A DNA stretch of 64,000 nucleotides from Bacteroidia bacterium (GTDB taxonomy: Bacteria; Bacteroidota; Bacteroidia; NS11-12g; UBA955): positions 26,101 through 90,100 of the forward strand of contig JAOASJ010000101.1 of the NCBI GenBank assembly GCA_030158725.1. The letters run 5' to 3'. Of the stretch, positions 1 through 8,446 are shown in pieces. The notes under the pieces were generated by a model. The model was given only the letters and a program-made list of their open reading frames with translations, was not told the DNA's origin and made no database searches. The translations under genes were made by a program, and so were the position numbers. Position 1 is the stretch's first letter, and the number at the start of each line of letters is the position of its first letter.

Positions 1-169
1 TATGATAATTATCGCTGCGCATAGGAGAGCGATAATCTCCGTATTTACTTGACCTCGGTTTATTAAGCTTAAGTTGTACTTTGTATTTTATCAAAAGATC
101 AACTACGTATGCCTCTGTACCTTCAGGAACAAATTTTTTAATTTTATTTTCTAATTCAGCTCTAGTCAA
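1..169 (-). CDS. SprT-like domain protein, N-terminal fragment (gene runs off the window start)
   Basis: This is the only open minus-strand frame here. Translation (TTG)TRAELENKIKKFVPEGTEAYVVDLLIKYKVQLKLNKPRSSKYGDYRSPMRSDNYH resembles N-termini of Bacteroidota SprT-like proteins (..V.LKI...R....GDYR...). An in-frame TAA lies two codons upstream of the TTG at 169. The ORF is absent from the track because it has no in-window stop. Confidence 0.45.
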   Translation of the reverse strand, partial: MTRAELENKIKKFVPEGTEAYVVDLLIKYKVQLKLNKPRSSKYGDYRSPMRSDNYH

Positions 170-194
170 TGGTTAAATTAGTCTATTATTAAAA

Positions 195-782
195 TTAAAT
201 TTTATCAGGAAATTGATTTGAATATTCTTCGTATACCAATTCTAGTTCTTTGTACCAATCATCACCATAGTTTCTAACTAAAGGTGTTTTCAAGAATTTA
301 AACATTGGTATATTCATTGATTTACCCAATTTACATGCGTCTGAACAGATGCTCCATTCATGGTAATTGATTGTTTCCTTGCTGCCTACTTTCCCTAAAC
401 GAATAGGATATAAATGACAACTTATAGGTTTGTAAAAATCTATTTCGCCATATAAATGTGCTTTTTCAATTGCACATCCTAATATGTTATTTTCTTTGTA
501 TACAAATACGCATTCTCCAGTTTCAAGGCAAGTAGTGGCCGGATCATCTATTTCGGTGCCCTCATGAAAACCTTCGTCTTTTAAAAGTTTAAGACCCTTT
601 TCTGTCATAAAGGGTTTAATTTTTTCAATATTTGAATTTATGATTTCAATTTCGGACAATGTAATTGGTGCGCCTCTATCACCTTCTATGCAACAGGCGC
701 CTTTGCATTTATTTAAATCACAGATAAATTTTTTTGTGAAAATTTCATCAGAAACCAAAGTTTCTCCGATTTCTATAATCAT
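195..782 (-). CDS. DUF3109 family Cys-rich protein
   Basis: Complete 195-aa ORF. The N-terminal FICDLNKCKGACCIEGDRGAP motif and downstream Cys/His spacing are typical of the DUF3109 family. Its start overlaps the purE stop by 4 nt. Confidence 0.7.
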   Translation of the reverse strand: MIIEIGETLVSDEIFTKKFICDLNKCKGACCIEGDRGAPITLSEIEIINSNIEKIKPFMTEKGLKLLKDEGFHEGTEIDDPATTCLETGECVFVYKENNILGCAIEKAHLYGEIDFYKPISCHLYPIRLGKVGSKETINYHEWSICSDACKLGKSMNIPMFKFLKTPLVRNYGDDWYKELELVYEEYSNQFPDKI

Positions 783-1291
783 TTTTTATCCAAATATTTT
801 TGATAACCTTTATTTTCAAGATCAAGTGCTTTTGAAAGAACTTGTTCTTCAAGAGATTTCATGAATTTTCTAATTTCAATCCATAATTCAGGTTTGCCTA
901 CAGCGATAATTTTTGCGGCATAAATTCCTGCATTTCTTGCTCCATCAATTGCCATAGTGCCAACTGGGATTCCTGGGGGCATTTGGACAATGCTGTGCAA
1001 TGAGTCAACTCCTGATAAAGTAGATGTCTTTATTGGAACACCAATTACAGGTAATTCTGTAATACTAGCAGTCATTCCAGGTAAATGTGCAGCTCCACCT
1101 GCACCTGCTATTATGCATTTATATCCATTTTCTCTTGCTTTTTCAGCAAATTCATACATTCTTTTAGGTGTTCTATGCGCGCTAACAATGGTTAAATCAT
1201 AAGTAACATCCAAAGCGTCTAAAACGATAGCTGCTTCCTTCATTACTGGCAAATCACTATCAGAGCCCATTATAATTAATACATCTTTCAT
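779..1291 (-). CDS. purE: 5-(carboxyamino)imidazole ribonucleotide mutase
   Basis: 170 aa with the class I PurE motifs GSDSDLPVM, SAHRTP and AGGAAHLPGM. Confidence 0.95.
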   Translation of the reverse strand: MKDVLIIMGSDSDLPVMKEAAIVLDALDVTYDLTIVSAHRTPKRMYEFAEKARENGYKCIIAGAGGAAHLPGMTASITELPVIGVPIKTSTLSGVDSLHSIVQMPPGIPVGTMAIDGARNAGIYAAKIIAVGKPELWIEIRKFMKSLEEQVLSKALDLENKGYQKYLDKK

Positions 1292-1312
1292 TTCACAATA
1301 AATTATAAGTTA

Positions 1313-1320
1313 CAAATATA
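1313..1320 (-). promoter_or_regulatory. Bacteroidota -7 box TATATTTG, 21 nt upstream of the purE ATG
   Basis: Exact TAnnTTTG match on the coding strand of purE. Confidence 0.55.
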
Positions 1321-1359
1321 CAATATATCTAAGAGTTGAGTTTGTTCAATTAAGTACTG

Positions 1360-2514
1360 TTACAATTGTTTCATTCCTAAATGCTTCCTTATTTCAGTAA
1401 CTTTATTTCGTATTTCTTCCATGTTTTCGCCAAGTATGGTAATGTGCCCCATTTTCCTTTTGAACTTGGTCTCGGCTTTGTTATAAAGATGAATATAAAC
1501 CCCTTTAATGTTTAAAATCTGATCAAGTCCAGTTATTTCATAAGCCCCTGTAATTCCTTCAAACCCCAATAAATTAATCATAGCAGATGGCTTTATGAGT
1601 TCTGTGTTGCCAAGTGGCATACCCAATAGAATGCGGTTTAGTTGCTCGTACTGACTAGTATAACAAGCTTCTATAGTATGGTGCCCACTATTGTGAGGTC
1701 TAGGAGCAATCTCATTTACATAAATATTTCCTTCTTTGTCCAAGAACATTTCTACTGCAAATATCCCTATACCTTGCATTTTAAAAATACACTCCATAGC
1801 TATTTGTCTAGCTTTTTCTTCAGTGTGTGAATCAATCTCAGCAGGAGAAAATAGAAATTCTACAAGATTTGCTTTAGGGTCAAATTCCATCTCAACTGTT
1901 GGGAAAGTGCAAATTTCACCTTTTTCATTTCTTGCTACAATGACAGCTAATTCAACGGCATTTTCAACAAATTCTTCTAATACCACAGGTTCAGAAAATG
2001 GAATTTGATTATAGGCATCAAGAACTGTTTGCTTGGTGATTAATTCAACTCCCTTCCCATCATAACCGCCTTTTCTTAATTTGGCTGCAATTTTACTGCC
2101 CTTTAATTTGAGTAGTTTTTCAGCCCATTCAGTAGGGTTTTCTGCCAATTCAAAATCGGTAGTAGGTATATTATGGTGTTTGAAAAATAATTTTTGTAGA
2201 CCTTTATCTTGGATAATTTCAAGAATTTTAGGCGATGGAATAATGGTTTTACCAGCAGCCTCTAATTCATGCAAAGCTGTAATATTGATGTGCTCAATTT
2301 CGTAGGTTAAGACATCTGATATCTTTGCTAACTCAAATATTTTTGCAGCATCATTCAATTCTCCATGAATATGAATATCAGAAATGGACGAGGCTGGTGC
2401 ATTCTCGGTTTCTAAAATAGCATACTTAATGTTCCATGGCTTTCCAGCTTCAATTAACATTTTGCCTAATTGACCACCGCCAATTATTCCTATGGTTTTG
2501 TTTGAGGGTAACAT
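1360..2514 (-). CDS. purK: N5-carboxyaminoimidazole ribonucleotide synthase
   Basis: 384-aa ATP-grasp protein with a GIIGGGQLGKM N-terminus and the PRPHNSGHHTIE motif. It sits next to purE. Confidence 0.95.
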   Translation of the reverse strand: MLPSNKTIGIIGGGQLGKMLIEAGKPWNIKYAILETENAPASSISDIHIHGELNDAAKIFELAKISDVLTYEIEHINITALHELEAAGKTIIPSPKILEIIQDKGLQKLFFKHHNIPTTDFELAENPTEWAEKLLKLKGSKIAAKLRKGGYDGKGVELITKQTVLDAYNQIPFSEPVVLEEFVENAVELAVIVARNEKGEICTFPTVEMEFDPKANLVEFLFSPAEIDSHTEEKARQIAMECIFKMQGIGIFAVEMFLDKEGNIYVNEIAPRPHNSGHHTIEACYTSQYEQLNRILLGMPLGNTELIKPSAMINLLGFEGITGAYEITGLDQILNIKGVYIHLYNKAETKFKRKMGHITILGENMEEIRNKVTEIRKHLGMKQL

Positions 2515-2527
2515 ATTAAATCGGCCA

Positions 2528-2535
2528 CAAAAATA
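2528..2535 (-). promoter_or_regulatory. -7 box TATTTTTG, 13 nt upstream of the purK ATG
   Basis: Exact TAnnTTTG match. Confidence 0.55.
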
Positions 2536-2540
2536 GCAGT

Positions 2541-3989
2541 TTATTCTCTAGCTTTAATTTGATAAATGTAATTTATCCCGTATAAATTCATAAATGAATC
2601 AACTTTATACAGATCAAAGTCATTAAGATTCATTGCTTTTTTATCATTATTTAGTATAGCTTCTCTACTATAATTGGTTTGTTCATTTTTTAAATCAGTA
2701 TATACTTTTTTACCCTTGGACAATAAAGATGGAATAGAGTCTGTCTTGATAAAGTGGTATGTTTTATAAAATCCGTTTTGGTAGTTCAATATATTCTCAA
2801 CCAATGGTTTATTAGACCAGATGAAATAATCTTCTTGGTGCTTTTGAGTATAATTTGTTTGCGCGTTTACTTGATTAGTGTTTTCAAATCTTAAAGGAAT
2901 TAAACCAAAAAAAACATTCCATATGAAAATTACCAGAGGAATTAAAAATGCTGTCTTTTTAATTTTTAATTTATATGAAGTCGCAATATATGCTACAAGT
3001 AGCAAAGGTAACATAGCCATAAATTCAGCATTCCCACTTGAAATGAAAGCAAAAGCTAAATGCAATACAATGGCAATTAGGAAAATATTTTTAGAAGAAC
3101 TGCTATTATTGAGATTTTTGGTTTCAATCAATTGTTTTCTTTTTAAAAACAATAAGCCTAATAGAAAAATCTCTAAGAAGATAACGATTAATGTTACTAT
3201 GATATGTTTGAAAGTGAAATGATAGATTAATCCATGCACTTGGAATACTGTTCGGATTGAATTTATAAAAGTTAAAATTAAAGCTTTTAAACTAAAGTCT
3301 ATACCTGCATTACCTTTCTGGTATTCTCCTAGAATAAAATTCAGAAAAGTGTAGTTGTTCGAACTAAAATAATATACCAAGAAATATAAAATTACGCCGG
3401 TAAATAATATTGAGGTATAAAAGATTTTATTGTTTTTGGTGTATTCTTTATTCAATAGCACACCTATATAAATAGCTAGTGTCCACCATATATGCAATTG
3501 ATGGGTACATACTGCCATTACAGAAAAGAAAGCAGACAATCCTATAAATAGATACCGTTTAGGTTGAAAATAATAATAAGTAGAAAGAATTGAAAAAAGT
3601 ATGGGTAACATGTAGGTTTCGGCATCGGTAGCAAACCTCATAAAGCCAAAACATACACCAGCACTCAAACTAAGAAATAAAGCCCCTTCTTTATTTTGCC
3701 CCAAACTCTTTAATAGTTGATTTAGAACCAAAAGACTTAAGGTGGCTGAAATGGCATTTAAAAGATTAAGCGATTGAATTGCTGTAATTGCGGGATTAAA
3801 GAAATGGAGAAATTCATGAAATACACTACCCCAAATATTGAAAAGCAAATGGTGGCTATTGATTAAGTTAAGTCCATGTTTTACGCATGCCGCATAATAC
3901 CAAGAATCTATATTTGCATTTTGGTTTGGTAAACAAATAAATACTATGCCTAATATAATGAAGGCTATATATTCATAATATTTTTTCAA
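2541..3989 (-). CDS. polytopic integral membrane protein with GT-C-like architecture, function unknown
   Basis: 482 aa with about 11-13 hydrophobic segments followed by a roughly 100-aa soluble C-terminal domain. It starts 5 nt after the stop of the GGGP-synthase gene, so it is probably co-transcribed with it. Confidence 0.6.
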   Translation of the reverse strand: MKKYYEYIAFIILGIVFICLPNQNANIDSWYYAACVKHGLNLINSHHLLFNIWGSVFHEFLHFFNPAITAIQSLNLLNAISATLSLLVLNQLLKSLGQNKEGALFLSLSAGVCFGFMRFATDAETYMLPILFSILSTYYYFQPKRYLFIGLSAFFSVMAVCTHQLHIWWTLAIYIGVLLNKEYTKNNKIFYTSILFTGVILYFLVYYFSSNNYTFLNFILGEYQKGNAGIDFSLKALILTFINSIRTVFQVHGLIYHFTFKHIIVTLIVIFLEIFLLGLLFLKRKQLIETKNLNNSSSSKNIFLIAIVLHLAFAFISSGNAEFMAMLPLLLVAYIATSYKLKIKKTAFLIPLVIFIWNVFFGLIPLRFENTNQVNAQTNYTQKHQEDYFIWSNKPLVENILNYQNGFYKTYHFIKTDSIPSLLSKGKKVYTDLKNEQTNYSREAILNNDKKAMNLNDFDLYKVDSFMNLYGINYIYQIKARE

Positions 3990-3994
3990 AAAAA

Positions 3995-4750
3995 TTAAAA
4001 TTCTATTTTAACGCTAAAAGAATCTCTGACTGCAGATATTTGTTCAATAATACTTCTATCGTCTTCAGCACCATTGCCAATAACGATTAAATCGGCACCT
4101 GAGCTAAAAGCTTTTGTTGCTGTATCAATATTCCTTATTCCGCCACCAATAATTAAAGGTAGATTCACTGATTTCATTACTGAAGAAATCATTTTCTCAG
4201 GAATAGGATTTAAAGCACCACTACCTGCATCCATATAAACACATTGCATACCGAGCATTTTGCCGGCCAAAGCGGTTGCTATTGCGATGTCGGATTTATC
4301 AGAAGGAATTGGTTTGGTATTGCTTATATATGAAACACTTGTTTCTTTTCCCCCGTCAATTAATAAGTAAGCTGTAGGAATGATTTCTAAATTTGAGGCA
4401 GCTAAAAGGGGAGCAGCAACTAATTGTTTGCCTATTAAATACTCTGGATTTCTACCACTTAAAAGAGATAAAAACAAAATCCCGTCAGCATTGTTATCTA
4501 TCATGAATTCATTACCAGGGAAAATGTAAATTTTACCAAAGTAATTTTTCTTAATATTTTTTATTGCTTCAGACAAAATCCCTGCAGTAGTAAGGCTTCC
4601 GCCAACGAAAACAAAGTCAACTGAATTTGCCTGGCAGTGGTGTGCAATATTTAGTACACTTTCTTCTGATTGATCTGGGTCAATCAGTACTGCGAGAGCT
4701 TTTTTTCCATCATTTTTAAGTTGATATAGATTAGATAAGAAATTAGACAT
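3995..4750 (-). CDS. geranylgeranylglyceryl/heptaprenylglyceryl phosphate synthase family protein (PcrB/GGGPS)
   Basis: TIM-barrel PcrB/GGGPS signatures: LIDPDQ near the N-terminus, YMDAGSGA, and GGGIRNIDTATKAFSSGADLIVIGN. I place the start at the ATG at 4750 (MSNFLSNLYQLKNDGKKALAVLIDPD), giving a family-typical 251 aa. The track ORF extends to 4960, but that extra 70 codons covers the nrdJ promoter and leader. Confidence 0.85.
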   Translation of the reverse strand: MSNFLSNLYQLKNDGKKALAVLIDPDQSEESVLNIAHHCQANSVDFVFVGGSLTTAGILSEAIKNIKKNYFGKIYIFPGNEFMIDNNADGILFLSLLSGRNPEYLIGKQLVAAPLLAASNLEIIPTAYLLIDGGKETSVSYISNTKPIPSDKSDIAIATALAGKMLGMQCVYMDAGSGALNPIPEKMISSVMKSVNLPLIIGGGIRNIDTATKAFSSGADLIVIGNGAEDDRSIIEQISAVRDSFSVKIEF

Positions 4751-4918
4751 GAACCAAACGAAGATGTATTTATTTACGAGGGTAAAGGTAAAGTAATTTT
4801 TTAAAAAGTCAAGTAAATATTGGTCCTTTTTTGTTTTCAACATTGCTACAATTAAGCGCTGTAAGGGTTTGACGATTTCTGTGGAAAAGTACTTTTTATT
4901 ATGTGCATATGATAGAGT

Positions 4919-4926
4919 TAGTTTTG
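4919..4926 (+). promoter_or_regulatory. -7 box TAGTTTTG, 74 nt upstream of the nrdJ ATG
   Basis: This is the only exact TAnnTTTG match in the 250-bp nrdJ upstream region. Confidence 0.45.
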
Positions 4927-5000
4927 AAGGACTTCTTTGCAAAAAATGCACTGAAGTCATTTTAGTTTAACAGCAAAAATCACACAACAAACGACCATAT

Positions 5001-8000
5001 ATGCAGCAAAATTTTGACCAAATGAAGAAAGGCCTAAAGTTCAATAGGCTAAACACCAAAGACAATGTGTCACCATACGACCAATTTGAGTATGAGTACC
5101 GCACATCTGTCATTAAGAATCCGAATGGCGACATCGTATTCGAAATGAAAAATGTTGAAATACCTTCGGCATGGAGCCAGGTAGCAACAGATATCGTTGC
5201 ACAAAAATATTTCAGAAAAGCAGGTGTTCCTCAAGCGGATGGATCATTGGGAAGTGAAACTAGTGTAAAACAAGTTGCGCATCGTTTGGCTGACTGTTGG
5301 AAACAATGGGGTGAAAAATATGGTTACTTTGCCTCAAAAGAAGATGCTCAAGTTTTCTATGAAGAGTTAGTGTATTCTATATTAGCACAACAATCTGCTC
5401 CAAATTCACCACAATGGTTTAACACTGGGTTGCATTCAACCTATGGTATTAGTGGTAAACCACAAGGTCACTATTATGTAGATCCTGATACTGAAAAATT
5501 AATGCGTTCAACTTCTGCATATGAAAGACCGCAACCACATGCTTGTTTTATATTATCTGTTGATGATGACCTTGTGAACGAAGGTGGAATCATGGATTTA
5601 TGGGTACGTGAAGCTCGTATTTTTAAATATGGTAGTGGTGTTGGAACTAATTTTTCTAAGATTCGTGGTGGAGGTGAAAAACTTTCAGGTGGTGGAACGT
5701 CTTCAGGATTAATGTCATTTTTGAAAATTGGTGACAGAGCAGCAGGCGCAATTAAATCAGGTGGAACAACTAGAAGAGCTGCTAAAATGGTTTGCTTGGA
5801 TATGGATCATCCTGAAATCATGAATTTTATTTCATGGAAAAAAAATGAAGAGAAAAAAGTAGCAGCTTTAATCGCTGCTGGTTACCCAAGTGATTACGAG
5901 GGTGAAGCATATGCAACTGTATCTGGTCAAAACTCAAACAATTCAGTTCGTATCCCAAATAAATTCTTTGAAGCATTAAAACAAAATGGAAATTGGGATT
6001 TGATTGGTAGAGCTAATGGTCAAGTGATGAGTTCAATTCCAGCTACTGAAGTTTGGGATGCAATTGGCGATGCAGCATGGGCTTGTGCAGATCCTGGTGT
6101 TCAATACGATGATACAATCAACGAATGGCACACTTGTCCAGAGGGTGGAAGAATCAATGCTTCAAATCCATGTTCTGAGTACATGTTCTTGGATAACACC
6201 GCATGTAACTTAGCTTCTCTAAACTTAATGAAGTTTTTTGATGCTGATAAATTAGAATTTGATATTGTTTCTTATGAATATGCAATTCGTTTATGGACAG
6301 TAGTTTTGGAAGTTTCTGTTTTAATGGCTCAATTTCCAAGTCAAGAAGTTGCACAATTAAGTTATGATTATAGAACATTAGGATTGGGATATGCCAATTT
6401 AGGCGCTTTGTTAATGGTTTCTGGTATTCCTTATGATAGCCCTAAAGCCAACGCAATATGTGGTGCATTGACCTCAATTTTAACTGGTCAAGCATACGCT
6501 ACTAGTGCAGAAATGGCAGCAGTTAAAGGTTCTTTCAGAATGTATGAAAAGAACAAGAAACACATGATGCGTGTTATTCGTAACCACCGTTATGCAGCCT
6601 ATAATACCCCATTGGCTTATGAAAGCCTAAGTATACCTGCTGTAGGTATCGATCCTCAACATTGCCCAGAAGATTTATTAAGATCAGCTTGCAATGCTTG
6701 GGACAAAGCTTTAATGTTGGGTGAGAAATTTGGATATAGAAATGCTCAATCAACTGTAATTGCTCCAACTGGAACAATTGGATTGGTTATGGATTGCGAT
6801 ACCACTGGTATTGAACCTGACTTTGCTTTGGTTAAATTTAAAAAATTAAGTGGTGGTGGATACTTCAAAATCATCAACCAAGCTGTTCCAGCTGCTTTGA
6901 AAACTTTAGGATATTCTCAACAAGAATCTGATGAGATTATTAATTATGCTAAAGGTCATGCAACTTTAAAAACAGCTCCATTTATTAACCATGAAACTTT
7001 AGCTGCTAAAGGCTTTAATGAAAGCGAGTTGACTATGATTGAATCTCAATTAGAACGCGCATTTGATATTGAGTTCGTATTTAATGTATTTACATTAGGC
7101 GAAGACACAATCAAACGTCTTGGTTTTAATGAAGCTCAATTTAATGATGTTAACTTTAACTTATTAAAAGCATTAGGATTCAAAGCTTCAGAAATTGAGG
7201 CAGCGAATGAATTTGTAACTGGTACAATGACAATCGAAGGTGCTCCTTTCCTTAAAGAGGAACACTATCCAGTGTTTGATACAGCAAACAAATGTGGAAA
7301 TAAAGGAACTCGTTTCTTACATGCACATTCACATATTAGAATGATGGCAGCAGCTCAACCATTCATTTCTGGTGCGATTTCAAAAACCATCAACCTTCCA
7401 AACGAAGCTTCTGTTGAAGATATCAAATCTTGCTATGAAATGAGTTGGAAACTGGGATTAAAAGCTAATGCACTATACAGAGATGGATGTAAATTGTCTC
7501 AACCATTGTCAAACAAATCTGATAAGAAAGTAGATGAGACTGAAACAGTTAGCGATACAGTTGAAATAGTTGAAAAAGCAGTTGGTGTTTCTGGTTCAAC
7601 CCGTGTTGAAGATTTAACTCCTGAAATCGTATTAGAAGCAGCTAGATTAATTATCAATAGCAGCAATAATGCAGCTTTCAAACAACAGTTATCAAATATT
7701 GCTACCCGTAAGGTATTGCCAAATAAGCGTAAAGGATTCACTCAAAAATCAAAAATTGATGGCAACACAGTATTTGTAAGAACAGGTGAATATGAAGATG
7801 GAACATTAGGAGAGATCTTCGTTGATATGCATAAAGAAGGAGCAAGTTTCCGTTCGTTAATGAACTGCTTTGCAATAGCTGTATCAATCGGTTTACAATA
7901 TGGTGTACCATTGGAAGAATACTACGATAAATTTACTTTTAGTAGATTTGAGCCTAGTGGTATGGTTGAAGGACATGCGAACATTAAATCTTCTACTTCA

Positions 8001-8318
8001 GTAGTTGACTTTATTTTCAGATTGTTAGGATTTGAATACCTAAACCGTCAAGAACAATTGCACATTAAACCAAAAATTTCAGATGAAGTTACTCCAGTAG
8101 ATACCAATTTCAATTTAGCACAAAATGAAATTGCACCTACTTTAGTTTCTGAAACAAGTAATACAACTTCAACTGCACCTAAAGCAGTTAAAAAAACTGG
8201 TAATTTGCCTCCAAGTATGGGTGATGCTCCAGCTTGTAAAAGCTGTGGTAACATTACTGTTCGCTCAGGAACATGTTACACCTGCTTAACTTGCGGAACT
8301 ACCAGCGGATGTAGCTAA
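5001..8318 (+). CDS. nrdJ: adenosylcobalamin-dependent (class II) ribonucleotide reductase
   Basis: 1105 aa with a WSQVATDIVAQKYF N-terminal region, the active-site stretch NPCSEYMFLDNTACNLASLNL, and a C-terminal Cys-rich tail CKSCGNITVRSGTCYTCLTCG. Confidence 0.95.
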   Translation: MQQNFDQMKKGLKFNRLNTKDNVSPYDQFEYEYRTSVIKNPNGDIVFEMKNVEIPSAWSQVATDIVAQKYFRKAGVPQADGSLGSETSVKQVAHRLADCWKQWGEKYGYFASKEDAQVFYEELVYSILAQQSAPNSPQWFNTGLHSTYGISGKPQGHYYVDPDTEKLMRSTSAYERPQPHACFILSVDDDLVNEGGIMDLWVREARIFKYGSGVGTNFSKIRGGGEKLSGGGTSSGLMSFLKIGDRAAGAIKSGGTTRRAAKMVCLDMDHPEIMNFISWKKNEEKKVAALIAAGYPSDYEGEAYATVSGQNSNNSVRIPNKFFEALKQNGNWDLIGRANGQVMSSIPATEVWDAIGDAAWACADPGVQYDDTINEWHTCPEGGRINASNPCSEYMFLDNTACNLASLNLMKFFDADKLEFDIVSYEYAIRLWTVVLEVSVLMAQFPSQEVAQLSYDYRTLGLGYANLGALLMVSGIPYDSPKANAICGALTSILTGQAYATSAEMAAVKGSFRMYEKNKKHMMRVIRNHRYAAYNTPLAYESLSIPAVGIDPQHCPEDLLRSACNAWDKALMLGEKFGYRNAQSTVIAPTGTIGLVMDCDTTGIEPDFALVKFKKLSGGGYFKIINQAVPAALKTLGYSQQESDEIINYAKGHATLKTAPFINHETLAAKGFNESELTMIESQLERAFDIEFVFNVFTLGEDTIKRLGFNEAQFNDVNFNLLKALGFKASEIEAANEFVTGTMTIEGAPFLKEEHYPVFDTANKCGNKGTRFLHAHSHIRMMAAAQPFISGAISKTINLPNEASVEDIKSCYEMSWKLGLKANALYRDGCKLSQPLSNKSDKKVDETETVSDTVEIVEKAVGVSGSTRVEDLTPEIVLEAARLIINSSNNAAFKQQLSNIATRKVLPNKRKGFTQKSKIDGNTVFVRTGEYEDGTLGEIFVDMHKEGASFRSLMNCFAIAVSIGLQYGVPLEEYYDKFTFSRFEPSGMVEGHANIKSSTSVVDFIFRLLGFEYLNRQEQLHIKPKISDEVTPVDTNFNLAQNEIAPTLVSETSNTTSTAPKAVKKTGNLPPSMGDAPACKSCGNITVRSGTCYTCLTCGTTSGCS

Positions 8319-8341
8319 TGCACTTTGGATGATATAACATG

Positions 8342-8373
8342 AAAAGGAACATAGAAATATGTTCCTTTTTTTT
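8342..8373 (+). terminator. rho-independent terminator after nrdJ
   Basis: 12-bp perfect stem AAAAGGAACATA / TATGTTCCTTTT with a GAAA loop, followed by a T-run. Confidence 0.85.
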
Positions 8374-8428
8374 GGTCAAACATTTTGACATGTATAGAAG
8401 TTTGAACTTAAACACTTTTTTAAAGTCT

Positions 8429-8436
8429 TAAATTTG
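8429..8436 (+). promoter_or_regulatory. -7 box TAAATTTG, 10 nt upstream of the hydrolase ATG
   Basis: Exact TAnnTTTG match. Confidence 0.55.
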
Positions 8437-8446
8437 TATTCTATAC

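Noticed and set aside
2878-3222. 114-aa plus-strand ORF inside the polytopic membrane protein gene
   Set aside because: This is a shadow ORF. The minus-strand frame gives a continuous multi-TM protein.
4751-5000. Cobalamin riboswitch or NrdR box upstream of nrdJ
   Set aside because: I could not find a B12-box-like core or the multi-helix architecture. The candidate leader is only about 74 nt, too short for a cobalamin riboswitch. I also saw no tandem NrdR-type palindromes. Only a simple hairpin is present, and it is reported separately at low interest.
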